In this document: positions 28,631-38,815 of the stretch, piece by piece
Position numbering within the stretch: position 1 is the stretch's first letter
How the letters are laid out: every line of letters begins with the position of its first letter
DNA from: Planctomycetota bacterium
GTDB taxonomy: Bacteria > Planctomycetota > GCA-002687715 > CAIWVZ01
NCBI GenBank assembly: GCA_044222185.1
Contig: JBGANV010000002.1
Location: 282,061 to 346,060 of the forward strand
Direction: 5' to 3'
Length of the DNA: 64,000 nucleotides
Translations under genes and position numbers: made by a program
The notes under the pieces: generated by a model
Databases searched by the model: none
Seen by the model: only the letters and a program-made list of their open reading frames with translations
What the model was told of the DNA's origin: nothing

Positions 28631-31036
28631 TCAATCGTTCGGCAGCTTGGACATCGCGGCCATGACGTCGTTCAGCCGCCTCTCGTTGCCGAGTCGCGCG
28701 AAATGGGTGCGCGCCCAGGTGAACAGTTTGCGTGCCTGCTGCGTGCGACTTGGGAACTCGGCCGCCACGCGCGCGGTCGTGACGAGGATCTCCGGGTCCT
28801 GGGGCTCGAGCTCGAACACCACGTCGACGAAGTTCTCCGCCTCTTCCTTCGAGACGATCTCCGGATGGTCGAGATGGATCGCCAGCAGACGCCACGGTGC
28901 CAGCGGAGCCTGGGGGTAGTCCCGCAGGATCGACCGATAGTTCTCCGCGGCCTCCTTCCACTTCTGGTCACGTTCGTCCAGTCGGGCGAGGACGAACCGC
29001 GCGCCCTCGCTGCCCTTGCGGATGCGAAGCGCTTCTTCGGCGTAGGCGCGCGACCTGACCGGGTCCCGATCGAGCACCGTCAGCGCCAGCATCTCGTAGA
29101 CGATGTTCGCGGAGACGCGCACCCGGTCGGCGCGCTGTTGCTTCAACTCGTTCTCGACAGTGCGTAGCGCCGCGTCGAAACGGGCGTTCCCGTCGGCCGT
29201 GGTGTCGAGGGATTCCATGGCGACGGCGACTGCACCGATCAACGGTTCGTCAGGCGCCAGCTTGAGCGCTTCTGCAAGCGTCTCCTTCGTCGACTTCACG
29301 AGTTCGGCGCGTTCGTCCCGATCGGCCTCGCGGATCTGGGAATAGCCCATGGAGACGAGCATGGTCCTGGCGATGACGTGATTGGGGTCCAGGTCGAGGA
29401 AGCTCTGGAGGATCTCCGTCGCCTTCTGGAATCGGCGGAGGCGGAAGTTCGCCAGCGCGAGGCCGAAGCGGCTCTGGGGCCAGGTCGGGTTCAGCTGCTT
29501 GGCTTTCTCGAAGGCCTCGGCGGCGTCGCGCGAGCGACCATTCGTCACGAGGAAGATCCCGAGCGACGTCAAGCGGACGGGATCGGAGATGCCCTCGATC
29601 TTCGCCGACTCGAGCACGGTCTTGGCTTCCGCTTCGCGACCCATGAATCTCAGCACGGTTCCGCGAGCGAAGCGGAGTGCGGCATCGTTGGGCGCGATCT
29701 TCAGTCCGCGATCGAACTCGGCGAGAGCCCGATCCGGCTGATCCGTGTTGAACTGTACGAGTCCGCGCTGGAGATAGACCTCGACCAGCGACGGGTCCAA
29801 CTGCTGCGCCTCGTCGAGCAGCGGGAGCACGTCGGACGGCTGTCCACCGATGGCGCGCATGAGGCTGCTCTCGAGTTTGGATCGGGCGAGTTGCTTGTCG
29901 TTCGCCTGACTGCGGACGAGTTGCCAGCCGATGATCACCGCGGCCACGACCACGAGCGCGGTGATCCCGACGGAAACGCGCCGGCGCCGCACGAACTTGA
30001 TGATCCGCGTGAGCGTTCCCGCGGGTCGCGCGAGGATCGGCTCGTCCCTGAGGAAGTGCTCGAGGTCGTCGCCGAATTCGGCCGCCGTCGCGTAGCGGCG
30101 CTCCGGATTCCGCTCCATCGCCTTCAGGCAGATCACTTCCAGGTCGCAGGGAACGTCCGGGTTGTGGCGGCTCGGCGGAACGGGGTCGTCCGTCTGGATC
30201 CGCTGGATCATCAAGTGCGTGGAGGTCTCTTCGTACGGTCTGCGACCCGCGATGATCTCGTAGAGCGTGACGCCGAGCGCGTAGATGTCGCTGCGTCGCG
30301 TGATGGCTTCACGGCTCGCGGACAGCTGCTCGGGGCTCATGTACGCGAGCGTCCCCATGACCTCGCCGGAGAGCGTCAGCGTGTCGCCCGCGGCTTCCGT
30401 GCGAGCGAGGCCGAAGTCGGCGATCTTCGCCACGTCGTGGAGATCGACGAGGATGTTGGCCGGCTTGATGTCGCGGTGGAGGAGGCCTGCTTCGTGCGCC
30501 GCGTGCAGACCCCGCGACGCCGCAATGAGGATGCGCAACAGGCGGCGCGTCTCCGTCGCTTCGGGGCGATCTCCGGGCCCACTCGGCGCGGAGACTCTCA
30601 GCGGGCTCCCGGCAGGGACGTCGACCGACGTGGACGGCGACAGGACCTGATCTCCCAGCCGAACGGTCGACGTCGACTCGGCCGACGGAACCGTCAGCGG
30701 GTTTGCCGCGCCCGAGCGCTGGCGAAGCAGCCTCTCGAGCGGGCTGCCCTCGACGAACTCCATGGCGATGAACTGCTGCCCGTCCGACTCGCCGTAGGCG
30801 AACACCTGCACGATGTTGGGATGTGTGAGCTTGGCTGCCGACGCCGCCTCGCGGCGGAATCGCTCGACGACCTGACGGTTCGAACGGTTGATCCCCAGGA
30901 TGACCTTCAACGCCACACGCCGGTTCAGCGACGCCTGTCGCGCTTCATAGACCACGCCCATGCCGCCGCGACCGATCTCGCGAACGATCTGGAAGTCGCC
31001 GATGCGAAGCGGTGATGAAAGCGGTTCGATGGTCAC
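28631..31036 (-). CDS. Hanks-type Ser/Thr protein kinase with a TM segment and a C-terminal TPR domain; paralogous in architecture to 15287..17788
   Basis: IGRGGMGVVYEARQ...VALKVI, HRDIKPANILV, DFGLAR and SPEQ. TM helix VGITALVVVAAVIIGW, then TPR-like repeats. Confidence 0.8.
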   Translation of the reverse strand: MTIEPLSSPLRIGDFQIVREIGRGGMGVVYEARQASLNRRVALKVILGINRSNRQVVERFRREAASAAKLTHPNIVQVFAYGESDGQQFIAMEFVEGSPLERLLRQRSGAANPLTVPSAESTSTVRLGDQVLSPSTSVDVPAGSPLRVSAPSGPGDRPEATETRRLLRILIAASRGLHAAHEAGLLHRDIKPANILVDLHDVAKIADFGLARTEAAGDTLTLSGEVMGTLAYMSPEQLSASREAITRRSDIYALGVTLYEIIAGRRPYEETSTHLMIQRIQTDDPVPPSRHNPDVPCDLEVICLKAMERNPERRYATAAEFGDDLEHFLRDEPILARPAGTLTRIIKFVRRRRVSVGITALVVVAAVIIGWQLVRSQANDKQLARSKLESSLMRAIGGQPSDVLPLLDEAQQLDPSLVEVYLQRGLVQFNTDQPDRALAEFDRGLKIAPNDAALRFARGTVLRFMGREAEAKTVLESAKIEGISDPVRLTSLGIFLVTNGRSRDAAEAFEKAKQLNPTWPQSRFGLALANFRLRRFQKATEILQSFLDLDPNHVIARTMLVSMGYSQIREADRDERAELVKSTKETLAEALKLAPDEPLIGAVAVAMESLDTTADGNARFDAALRTVENELKQQRADRVRVSANIVYEMLALTVLDRDPVRSRAYAEEALRIRKGSEGARFVLARLDERDQKWKEAAENYRSILRDYPQAPLAPWRLLAIHLDHPEIVSKEEAENFVDVVFELEPQDPEILVTTARVAAEFPSRTQQARKLFTWARTHFARLGNERRLNDVMAAMSKLPND

Positions 31037-31176
31037 GTTCCGATCCCAGTGGGGACGAGCGGGAAAAATGAGGCAGAGGATACCGGCCTTCCCCGGTCCG
31101 ACGGAAGGCGGCGATCGGAGGTCGTGGGACCCTCAGGCACCCGGCGATCGGGGCCAGAGCGGAGCCGCGGAGTGGC

Positions 31177-31692
31177 TCAGAGCGTGCGCTGGTAGAAGGT
31201 GTCGCAGGCGCCGTGGCCCGTCTCACCGCGCGGCGAACAGATCGAAGCAAACCCGCGCCGCTCGTAGAGCTTCCGCGCGGCCGTCATGTTGTGCCTGGTC
31301 TCGAGGTACATCGTCCGATAGCCGACACGCCGGGCGGCTTCGATGCAGAGGTCGATCAGCTTGCTGCCGTTTCCGAACCCGCGGCCCTCGGCGAGCAGAT
31401 ACATCTTGCGCAACTCGCAGATTCCGTCCCGCGGATCGGATCCGGCGAGCGGGCCGAATCCCGCGCCCCCGACGACACGGGCGTGACCGTCGCCGTCGAC
31501 GCGCTCGAGCACCCAGTAGCTCGCATCGCCGCCCGGATAGGCGCGCGACATGTAATCCAGCTCGGCGTCACTGCTCGCGAACCCAGGGCCCACGCAGGCG
31601 AACTCCGCCAGCGTCTGCCTCACGATCGCACCGATTGCGACGTCGTCGGTCGCGTCGATCGGCCGGATCCGCCACGTCACGTCCTTCGCCAT
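31177..31692 (-). CDS. GNAT family N-acetyltransferase
   Basis: The motif region LLAEGRGFGNGSKLIDLCIEAARRVGYRTMYLETRHNMTAARKLYERRGF is typical of GNAT. It begins 2 bp after the stop of the M61 peptidase gene. Confidence 0.65.
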   Translation of the reverse strand: MAKDVTWRIRPIDATDDVAIGAIVRQTLAEFACVGPGFASSDAELDYMSRAYPGGDASYWVLERVDGDGHARVVGGAGFGPLAGSDPRDGICELRKMYLLAEGRGFGNGSKLIDLCIEAARRVGYRTMYLETRHNMTAARKLYERRGFASICSPRGETGHGACDTFYQRTL

Positions 31693-31693
31693 G

Positions 31694-33733
31694 TCACCGG
31701 CTCCTGGACTCGGCGACCCTGCGCTCGCCGATGAGCGACCGGCGGATCTCGAGTTCCAGCGGCGTCGCCTTGGGATCGAGCTCGAGCTTGAAGTTCTCGA
31801 CGATGCGCGGCGACGTGCGATGCTCGATCACCTTCTCGACACCCGAACGCCGTACGGTCACCTTCACCACGTCCCCGGGCGTGGGAACCGCCAGCGCCGC
31901 GCGAGCCTGCGCCAGGTTGGATATGGCCGTGCCGTTCACGGCGACGATCTGATCGTCGCCCATGAATCCACTCTTCTCCAAGGCCGAGTCTGAGGGTGGC
32001 GAGCCGATGACGATCCGGTCCTCGATGGCGCGCAGACGGAGTGCGGCCGAATCGGGTGACGCCGGGATCGTGACTTCGATCGTCTTTTCGTCCGTCGCGC
32101 GGCGGATCTTGATCGCGACCTTCTGTCCCACGTCGGCGCGCCGCAACGCCCGCGTGAGCGCTCCGCCCGAGCCCACCTCGACGCCGTCGACGGCGAGAAC
32201 GACGTCGCCCGTCTTCAGTCCGGCTCTTCCGAACGCCGACTGCTCGTCGACCCGCACGGCCACTCCGTTTTCCGCCGACGTCACTTCGAAGGCGACGGCG
32301 GGCACGACGCGTTTCGTGACGGCCGCGGTGCAACCCATGAAGCGGAAGTAGTGTCCCCAGTCGATCTCCTGTGCGGACGAGACGTGGCGCAGGAAGAAGT
32401 CGTGGAGGTCCACGCCGGTAGCGTCGTAGATGGCCGTGACCACGTCTTCCGACTGGAACCCGACGGGTCCCGAGAAGCGCTGGAACATCAACCGCATGGC
32501 GTCGTCGAGGCACTTTGCGTTCTCGGTCCGCCCGCGGATCTCCAGGTCCATGAGGAGGCCCAGGATCTCACCCTGGGTGTAGTAGCTGATCGCGCCGCTG
32601 AGGTACGCGCTGTCCCAAACGGTCCATGACGCCTCCTCGGGCGAGATCACGCGACTCGCCGGATTGCCGACGAACCCCGAGATCGTGCCGTCGTAGGAGC
32701 TGATGAACTGCTCTTCGCTCATCAGCCCGGCGCGGGCCAGGATGATGTTGGCGTAGTAGCTCGTGAGACCTTCGCTGATCCACAGGCTCTTCGTGCGCAC
32801 GGGGCCGTCGTAGTCGAACGGCCCCAGTGCCTTGGGCCGCAGCCGTTTGACGTTCCAGGTGTGGAAGAACTCGTGAGCCGTCACCCCCTGCAGCGCGTTC
32901 GGGTTCTGGCGTAGCGCCGTCGAACTCGTGCCGATGGTCGTCGACGTCAGATGCTCGAGTCCGCCGCCTCCGCCGTTGGAGTAGATGAACGTGTAGTGCT
33001 CGTACGGCACGCCACCCATGATGTCGCTCGCCGCGACGACGATCCGACGCACGCAATCGACGACCTTCGGTGGATCGAACGGGATCGCCTTGCCCTGGTT
33101 GTCGTAGGCGACGCGGCACGGCACGCCCTTCACCTCGAAGTTCCAGGTTTCGATCTTTCCGAGGAGGACGGGGCAATCGAGGAGCCAGTCGGCGTTCTTC
33201 GCCGTGAACACCATGGGATCGAACGTGGGCGACAGGCCCGTGCCGACCTTCCAGTCGGCCGGGAGCTTGAACCGCACGTGGGCGGGCAGCTCCTTGTGGT
33301 CGCGCCAGTAGAGATAGTTGCGGGGGCCGTCCAGGAGCCCGCCATGCTGCGTCAGATAGCTGCGGTTGTTGACGCCGCGACCGGGCTTGTCGAAGGTCCA
33401 CCGCACCGTGATCCGAGTCGCACCCTTGGAATCGACCACCCAGGTGAGGTCGTTCGGATGCGTGACGGCGCGCGCAGCTCCGCGCTCGTCGACGGCCACG
33501 ACGTCCTTGATCTGCTTGGCAGCGTTCATCAGGCGGTATGAGCCCGGCGCCCACGCGGCGACCGACAGCGCCACTTCCGCGCGGTCCGGCCCGAAGATCT
33601 CCAGCGCGTGGTGGAAGGCGTCGAAATCGTCGTCCCTGACCTCGACCTCGTACAGAAGCCTGGGCGCACCCTGACCGGCGGCCAGGGTCGCGGCAAACAG
33701 GATCGCGGCGAGAACTCGGATCTGGCGAAGCAT
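31694..33733 (-). CDS. Secreted M61 glycyl aminopeptidase-like metallopeptidase with C-terminal PDZ domain(s)
   Basis: Signal peptide MLRQIRVLAAILFAATLAAGQ after a GGGAG ribosome-binding site. Zinc motif VTAHEFFHTWN (HEFFHxWN is characteristic of M61). The C-terminus has PDZ-like stretches (LKTGDVVLAVDGVEV and GDDQIVAVNGTAI). Confidence 0.7.
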   Translation of the reverse strand: MLRQIRVLAAILFAATLAAGQGAPRLLYEVEVRDDDFDAFHHALEIFGPDRAEVALSVAAWAPGSYRLMNAAKQIKDVVAVDERGAARAVTHPNDLTWVVDSKGATRITVRWTFDKPGRGVNNRSYLTQHGGLLDGPRNYLYWRDHKELPAHVRFKLPADWKVGTGLSPTFDPMVFTAKNADWLLDCPVLLGKIETWNFEVKGVPCRVAYDNQGKAIPFDPPKVVDCVRRIVVAASDIMGGVPYEHYTFIYSNGGGGGLEHLTSTTIGTSSTALRQNPNALQGVTAHEFFHTWNVKRLRPKALGPFDYDGPVRTKSLWISEGLTSYYANIILARAGLMSEEQFISSYDGTISGFVGNPASRVISPEEASWTVWDSAYLSGAISYYTQGEILGLLMDLEIRGRTENAKCLDDAMRLMFQRFSGPVGFQSEDVVTAIYDATGVDLHDFFLRHVSSAQEIDWGHYFRFMGCTAAVTKRVVPAVAFEVTSAENGVAVRVDEQSAFGRAGLKTGDVVLAVDGVEVGSGGALTRALRRADVGQKVAIKIRRATDEKTIEVTIPASPDSAALRLRAIEDRIVIGSPPSDSALEKSGFMGDDQIVAVNGTAISNLAQARAALAVPTPGDVVKVTVRRSGVEKVIEHRTSPRIVENFKLELDPKATPLELEIRRSLIGERRVAESRSR

Positions 33734-33910
33734 GGGGACTCCCAAGTGGATGCAACCGGTCATGCGTGGCGAACAGTCTGCCCCCGGCGGGTCGCCCATC
33801 ATACGGGAGAACTCGTCGTCCGCCTCCCGATGGCGCCAGCGCCCATGCGGATAGGATGTCCGCTCGTCGCGCCGGGCCCGGGAGCCGGTCTGCCGCGACC
33901 GGAGCCAGTG

Positions 33911-35149
33911 ATGTCACCACGCCGTCTCGTTCCGCTCGTCGTCCTCTTCGGGCTCGTCTCCGTCCTCGCGCCGGCGCAGGCGGCGGCGTCCCGCCCGACG
34001 ATGAAGGGCACGCTGACGACCGAGAAGGGAGTCCGCGTCCTGCGACTCCATGGCTCGCACGAGGAGATGGGTTTCGCCCACGGATACCTGCTCGCCGCGG
34101 AGATCGTGGAGGGACTGGAGAGCTACATCATCAACTCTCCGGTCGTACTCGGCGCGAAGTCGTACACGGAGGTCGTGCTTCCGAAGGTGAAACGACTCAT
34201 CGCGTTCTCCCCCGAGCACGAGGCCGAGCTCCGCGGGATGCTCGCCGGCATTCGCGAGGGCTTGGGCGGCAAGGCGCCCGTCCCGCTCCTCGGACGCGAG
34301 CTGGAGTTGATCGACCTCCAGGCGCTGAACAGCTACGGGGACTGGTACCGCTTCGCATGCTCGAGCTTCTCCGTCTGGGGAAAGCTGTCGGCGGACGGCA
34401 AGGTGATCACGGCACGGAACTTCGACTTCCCGCCCAAGCCGATCCTCGAAAAGACCCAGCTCCTGATCGGCTACGCGCCGGCGGACCTCGCCGAGAAGCG
34501 CTGGGTCAACGTGGCGTTCCCGGGGATCATCGGACTGATCTCGGGCATGAGCGAAGACGGCGTGGGCCTGTTCGTGCACGACGTGGCGCCGAAGAAGGGA
34601 GCGGAGTCGGCCGGCGTCCATTCGCGGCTGCTCGCCCTCAGGGACGCGATCGAGGCCGCACCGGCGGCGGACGCCGTCGTCACCGTCCACAAACTCCTGC
34701 GCGACCGCACGACGTGGATGGGCAACAACGTGCACGTGACGTCGCCCTGGGACGGGACGCTGCGCCCTGCCGGAATCATCGAATACGACGGCCTCGAGTC
34801 GCTCGACGAGGGCGCGACGCTCCGTCTCTCGGACGACGCGGACGAGTACGTGCTCTGCACCAATCACTACCGGCTGCGTGCGACCCCGCAGAAGTGCTCC
34901 CGTTACTCCCGACTCTCGAAGCAACTCGCCGAGCTGGCGGAGAAGGGGAAGAAGGTCGACCCGACCGTGGCGCGGTCGCTGATGTCGTCGATCACGCAGG
35001 ATTCCTTGTTCTCCCGCACGGTTCATACCGTCATCTTCCAGCCGTCCGACAAGCGTCTCTCCGTGATGATGACGCATGGCGGCAAGGTCGCGCCGGCCTC
35101 GGAGCCGGTGACGTTCACGCTGGACGAATTGCTTCCGCCACGACGATGA
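33911..35149 (+). CDS. Secreted Ntn-hydrolase of the C45 (acyl-CoA:6-APA acyltransferase-like) family
   Basis: Signal peptide MSPRRLVPLVVLFGLVSVLAPAQA after a GGAG ribosome-binding site. A putative autoprocessing nucleophile lies in FACSSFSV, followed about 20 aa later by ARNFDF (compare C...NWDF in isopenicillin-N acyltransferase). Confidence 0.5.
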   Translation: MSPRRLVPLVVLFGLVSVLAPAQAAASRPTMKGTLTTEKGVRVLRLHGSHEEMGFAHGYLLAAEIVEGLESYIINSPVVLGAKSYTEVVLPKVKRLIAFSPEHEAELRGMLAGIREGLGGKAPVPLLGRELELIDLQALNSYGDWYRFACSSFSVWGKLSADGKVITARNFDFPPKPILEKTQLLIGYAPADLAEKRWVNVAFPGIIGLISGMSEDGVGLFVHDVAPKKGAESAGVHSRLLALRDAIEAAPAADAVVTVHKLLRDRTTWMGNNVHVTSPWDGTLRPAGIIEYDGLESLDEGATLRLSDDADEYVLCTNHYRLRATPQKCSRYSRLSKQLAELAEKGKKVDPTVARSLMSSITQDSLFSRTVHTVIFQPSDKRLSVMMTHGGKVAPASEPVTFTLDELLPPRR

Positions 35150-36438
35150 ATCGCAGTTTCCTGGTGTTCGTCGCGCTCGCTTGCGCGCTGCGCGGTCAGG
35201 AGTCGGCGCCAGCCGGATCTTCGGCCACGCCTCCGAGCGCCGAGCTGCGGGCCGCCATCGAGGCCTACCTCGACGAAATCTCCGATGGTGTCGCGGCGGG
35301 GCTCCTCGAGAAGCTCGTCGCGCGCAAGGACGCGGACGGCTACTCCGTGCTCGAAGCGTTGAAGACGTGCTCGGTTCCGCTCGCCGCGACCATGGAGGAC
35401 CTGGTGCCGTATCGGGACCAGCACCTCATGACGCGAGCCCAGCTCCCGTCGAGTCACGCGCGCACGGGCCCGAGACGGCCCATCGTCTTCGACATCTCCG
35501 GCGGAGGGGCGGTGGCGCACCTGAAGCTCGACGACGCCATCGTCTGCTTCGTCCACGGCGAGACGGAGATGAACAAGTACACGCCGCCCGAGTTCAGCGA
35601 CGAAGGGCGGGACGGCTTCCTGAAGGTGCTGCGTCGGACGTGTCATCGCGCGCATGGAGATCCGAACCGCATGTGGCTGTGCGGGTTCTCATGGGCCGGA
35701 CACGCGTGCTTCGACACGGCGATGCACCGGCCGGACGTCGTTCGCGGAATCATCCCGCTGGCTGGCGCGCCGCGTCACGTCGCGTTCAGGCTGCTTCCCA
35801 ATCTGCGCACGACGGAAGTCGACGCGTTCACGGGCAAGAAGGACGATCCGATCCTCGTCTGGAACCTGGAGGAGGTCGGCCGGCTCGCCAACGCGCAGAA
35901 GCTCGTCTATCGGCTCACGACCGATCCAGAGGCGGGTCATACCCTCCCGTTGCGCGGCATCGACACGGTGGCGAAGACGGTCTCCGTCATTCCTCCACGC
36001 GATGACGGCAAGATCCTCTCGGGTGTGATTCTCGGCGACTCGGCCTTGGTCGAAGGTCCGTTCCTCCGCATGGACGCCATCGATGCGTCACGCGTGAAGG
36101 AGCCTGATCGCATCACGGTGCAGCCCGGTCTCTCGGAGGAGGAGCTGCGCCGCGTGCGCATCAAGTCCGTCGAGAAGAAAGTCGTCAAGCTCACCTGGAG
36201 TCTCGAGACGGCGAAGGGCGGCGCGTCGACGCTCTCGGTGGTTCCGGACGGGGTCACGGGATTCACGATCTTCCTCCGCGAGCCGTGGTTCACGCCGGGC
36301 CAGCACGTGACGGTTCGCGCCAAGGGCAAGACCCTCTTCAACGGCGCACTCGTGCCCGATCCGCAGACGCTCCTCTCGGAGGCGCGCCGTACCGGCGAGC
36401 GGCTGCGCCCCACGTTCCGGGCGATCCAGGTCCGCTGA
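35146..36438 (+). CDS. Secreted alpha/beta-hydrolase fold esterase (PHB-depolymerase/esterase-like)
   Basis: The ATG overlaps the upstream stop (ATGA). Signal peptide MNRSFLVFVALACALRG. Nucleophile elbow GFSWAG (GxSxG). The ORF-track ORF 33766..36438 is this frame carried upstream through the C45 gene and is rejected. Confidence 0.55.
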   Translation: MNRSFLVFVALACALRGQESAPAGSSATPPSAELRAAIEAYLDEISDGVAAGLLEKLVARKDADGYSVLEALKTCSVPLAATMEDLVPYRDQHLMTRAQLPSSHARTGPRRPIVFDISGGGAVAHLKLDDAIVCFVHGETEMNKYTPPEFSDEGRDGFLKVLRRTCHRAHGDPNRMWLCGFSWAGHACFDTAMHRPDVVRGIIPLAGAPRHVAFRLLPNLRTTEVDAFTGKKDDPILVWNLEEVGRLANAQKLVYRLTTDPEAGHTLPLRGIDTVAKTVSVIPPRDDGKILSGVILGDSALVEGPFLRMDAIDASRVKEPDRITVQPGLSEEELRRVRIKSVEKKVVKLTWSLETAKGGASTLSVVPDGVTGFTIFLREPWFTPGQHVTVRAKGKTLFNGALVPDPQTLLSEARRTGERLRPTFRAIQVR

Positions 36439-36502
36439 CGCCACGCGGTTGCCGGGTCGTGGATTCCGTGGTGTCATGGTGCCACGACGATCGGGAGACT
36501 GC

Positions 36503-37615
36503 ATGTCGAGAGAGGCCCTCGTACGGTTCGTCTGTGCGTTGTTCGCCGTGGTCGCCATCGGCTGGGCGCAAGCAGGCGGCCCCGTCGCACGACCGGCCTC
36601 CGCCGAGCCGCCTGCGTCGCGGCCGGCCATGGACGTGCCGCGCCCGCCGTTTCCCTACTACGTCGAAGAGGTCACGTTCGAGAACAAGGCCGCCGGGATC
36701 ACGTTCCACGGAACCGTGACGCGCCCCGAGGGAAGGGGGCCGTGGCCCGCGGCGGTCCTCATCGCTGGAGCCGGCGCTCACGATCGCGACGAGACGGTCG
36801 GCCTGCACAAGCCGTTCATGGTGATTGCCGATCGCCTCACGCGTCAGGGCATGGCGATCCTGCGTTACGACAAGCGCGGAGTGCGCGGCACCCGCGGCGA
36901 CGTCATGAAGGCCACGAGCGTCGACCTCGCGAAGGACGCCGAGGCCGGGTTCGACTATCTCCGAGGACGACCGGACGTGGACGCGAGCCGCGTCGGCGTG
37001 ATCGGGCACAGCGAAGGCGGGATGCTCGTCTTCATCATCACGGGGAGCCGGCCTGAAGTCGCATTCGCCGTTTCACTCGCGGGCGTGAGCACGGACTGCG
37101 AGACGGCGTCCAAGCAGTTCGCACTGCTGCTCGCCCGCGGGGCAGGAGTGTCCGAGCTCATACTGATCCCGGGGCGCCTGCTCATCGGGCGGATCATCGA
37201 CGTGCTCAAGGCTTCGAAGGATCAGGCATCGGCGGAAGCCGAGTTGCGGACGTTCGTGCCGGCCGAGTTCATCCCCTTCGTCGCCTCGCCGTGGGTGCGC
37301 TTCTTCGTGACGTACGACCCGCGACCGTCCATCGAGCGCACGCACTGCCCGGTGCTCGGGATCTACTGCGAGAACGACGTCATGGTGTCGCCGACCACGA
37401 ACGCGCGCGCGTTGCGGCTCGCCCTCGTGCGAGGAGGCAACACCACCTTCGACGTGGAGACCTTCCCCGAGACGAATCACATGCTTCAGCCTGCGTCGAA
37501 GCGGCAGGCCATGGATTTCACGTCGAGCGCGTTCTCCATCGCCCCGCCGATCATGGAGAAGCTGACGACGTGGCTCGCGGCTCACGTGGGCAGGCCCGCC
37601 GGCGACTACAAGTGA
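36503..37615 (+). CDS. Secreted alpha/beta hydrolase (dienelactone hydrolase / S9-like)
   Basis: GGGAG ribosome-binding site, then MSREALVRFVCALFAVVAIGWAQA. The active-site Ser lies in VIGHSEGG, and a His lies in TNHML near the C-terminus. Confidence 0.6.
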   Translation: MSREALVRFVCALFAVVAIGWAQAGGPVARPASAEPPASRPAMDVPRPPFPYYVEEVTFENKAAGITFHGTVTRPEGRGPWPAAVLIAGAGAHDRDETVGLHKPFMVIADRLTRQGMAILRYDKRGVRGTRGDVMKATSVDLAKDAEAGFDYLRGRPDVDASRVGVIGHSEGGMLVFIITGSRPEVAFAVSLAGVSTDCETASKQFALLLARGAGVSELILIPGRLLIGRIIDVLKASKDQASAEAELRTFVPAEFIPFVASPWVRFFVTYDPRPSIERTHCPVLGIYCENDVMVSPTTNARALRLALVRGGNTTFDVETFPETNHMLQPASKRQAMDFTSSAFSIAPPIMEKLTTWLAAHVGRPAGDYK

Positions 37616-37657
37616 AGCCACCGGCGAGCTGAAAACGTCAGACGTCCGTCAGAATCG

Positions 37658-37972
37658 TCACTCCAACGTGTGAGTCCCGTGCGCGACGGCGCCGCCCGCC
37701 CGGATCGCGGCCGCGACGAGCGTCGCCTCCGCCAGCTCCTGCTCAGTCGCGCCTGCCTTGCGCGCTTTCTTCGCGTGAAGCTCGATGCAGTATCCGCACT
37801 GGGTCGTCAGGCCCACGGCGACGGCCATGAGCTCCTTGTACTTCAGCGGAATGGCGCCCTCGCCGAATGCCGCCGCGTCGAAGGCGACGAAGCCCTGCAT
37901 GGCGGCGGGAGCCAATTCGGCGAGGCGTTTCATCTTGGTCAGGTTCTTCATGTCGTACATCGTGGTCTCCAT
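37658..37972 (-). CDS. AhpD-like (carboxymuconolactone decarboxylase family) small protein
   Basis: The CGYCIELH (CxxCxxxH) motif matches the AhpD core, and the protein is about 100 aa. A start at 37960 (MYDMKN) with a GGAG ribosome-binding site is also possible. The 288-aa ORF-track extension is rejected. Confidence 0.65.
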   Translation of the reverse strand: METTMYDMKNLTKMKRLAELAPAAMQGFVAFDAAAFGEGAIPLKYKELMAVAVGLTTQCGYCIELHAKKARKAGATEQELAEATLVAAAIRAGGAVAHGTHTLE

Positions 37973-38055
37973 TCGTCGTGACTCGTCCGAGGCCCTGGGG
38001 GTGCAGGCCGCGGCACGTCGGAGACAACCTACGGATCGCGTCGCCGATCGGGAGT

Positions 38056-38072
38056 GCACTCGAGTTGCACCC
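38056..38072. promoter_or_regulatory. Candidate TetR operator: inverted repeat GTGCA-ctcgagt-TGCAC in the divergent intergenic region
   Basis: The palindrome gtgcactcgagttgcac lies between the AhpD-like gene (minus) and the TetR gene (plus), 45 bp upstream of the TetR ATG. Confidence 0.25.
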
Positions 38073-38116
38073 CCCATGCGTCCCCCTGATACGTTCACAC
38101 CTCTCGGAGGACAGTC

Positions 38117-38797
38117 ATGCCCTCGCCTGGGAAGAAGACCGTGACCGAGCTGTTCGGGCTCCCGGCACCGCCGCGAACGGGTCGTGGGCGACTCATCGCT
38201 GCGGCGATCGACCTTTTCTATCGCCACGGTTTCAGCGCTGTCGGCATCGACCAGGTGATCGACGCGGCGGGCGTCACGAAGACGACGTTCTACAAGCACT
38301 TCGAGAGCAAGGACGAGCTCATGGTCGCGGCCGTCGAACGTCGCGACGAATGGGAGACGGAAGCCTGGCAACGCGCCGTGCGGACCATCGCCGGAGACGA
38401 CCCGCGGAAGTGGTTCCTGGGAATGCTCGACGTGATGGACGTCTGGTTCAACGACCCGGACTTCCACGGATGCATGTTCCTCAACACGGCGGTGGAGTTT
38501 CCCAATCCCCACGATCCCGTGCACAAGGCGGCGGTCGCGTACAAGCGCCGCGCGCGGGACGGCTGGCGCGACCTGGCACGATCAGCGGGTGCCGACGCCA
38601 CCTCGGCGGACGCGTTCGCCGACTGCTACACGGCATTGATCGAAGGCGCGTTGATCCTGCGGCAAACGCACGGACGCAACGACGCCGCGCGCGTCATCCG
38701 CCCGCCCGTCGAGCAACTGATGCTCGCGCACCTCCCCACCGTCGCGAAGAAGCGTGAAGGGCGACGCACTCGCGGGTCGCGGGCGAGCGGCTCCTGA
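38117..38797 (+). CDS. TetR/AcrR family transcriptional regulator
   Basis: N-terminal HTH stretch GRLIAAAIDLFYRHGFSAVGIDQVIDAAGVTKTTFYKHFESKDEL. Confidence 0.8.
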   Translation: MPSPGKKTVTELFGLPAPPRTGRGRLIAAAIDLFYRHGFSAVGIDQVIDAAGVTKTTFYKHFESKDELMVAAVERRDEWETEAWQRAVRTIAGDDPRKWFLGMLDVMDVWFNDPDFHGCMFLNTAVEFPNPHDPVHKAAVAYKRRARDGWRDLARSAGADATSADAFADCYTALIEGALILRQTHGRNDAARVIRPPVEQLMLAHLPTVAKKREGRRTRGSRASGS

Positions 38798-38815
38798 GCG
38801 GCGCGGCCTCCGCAA

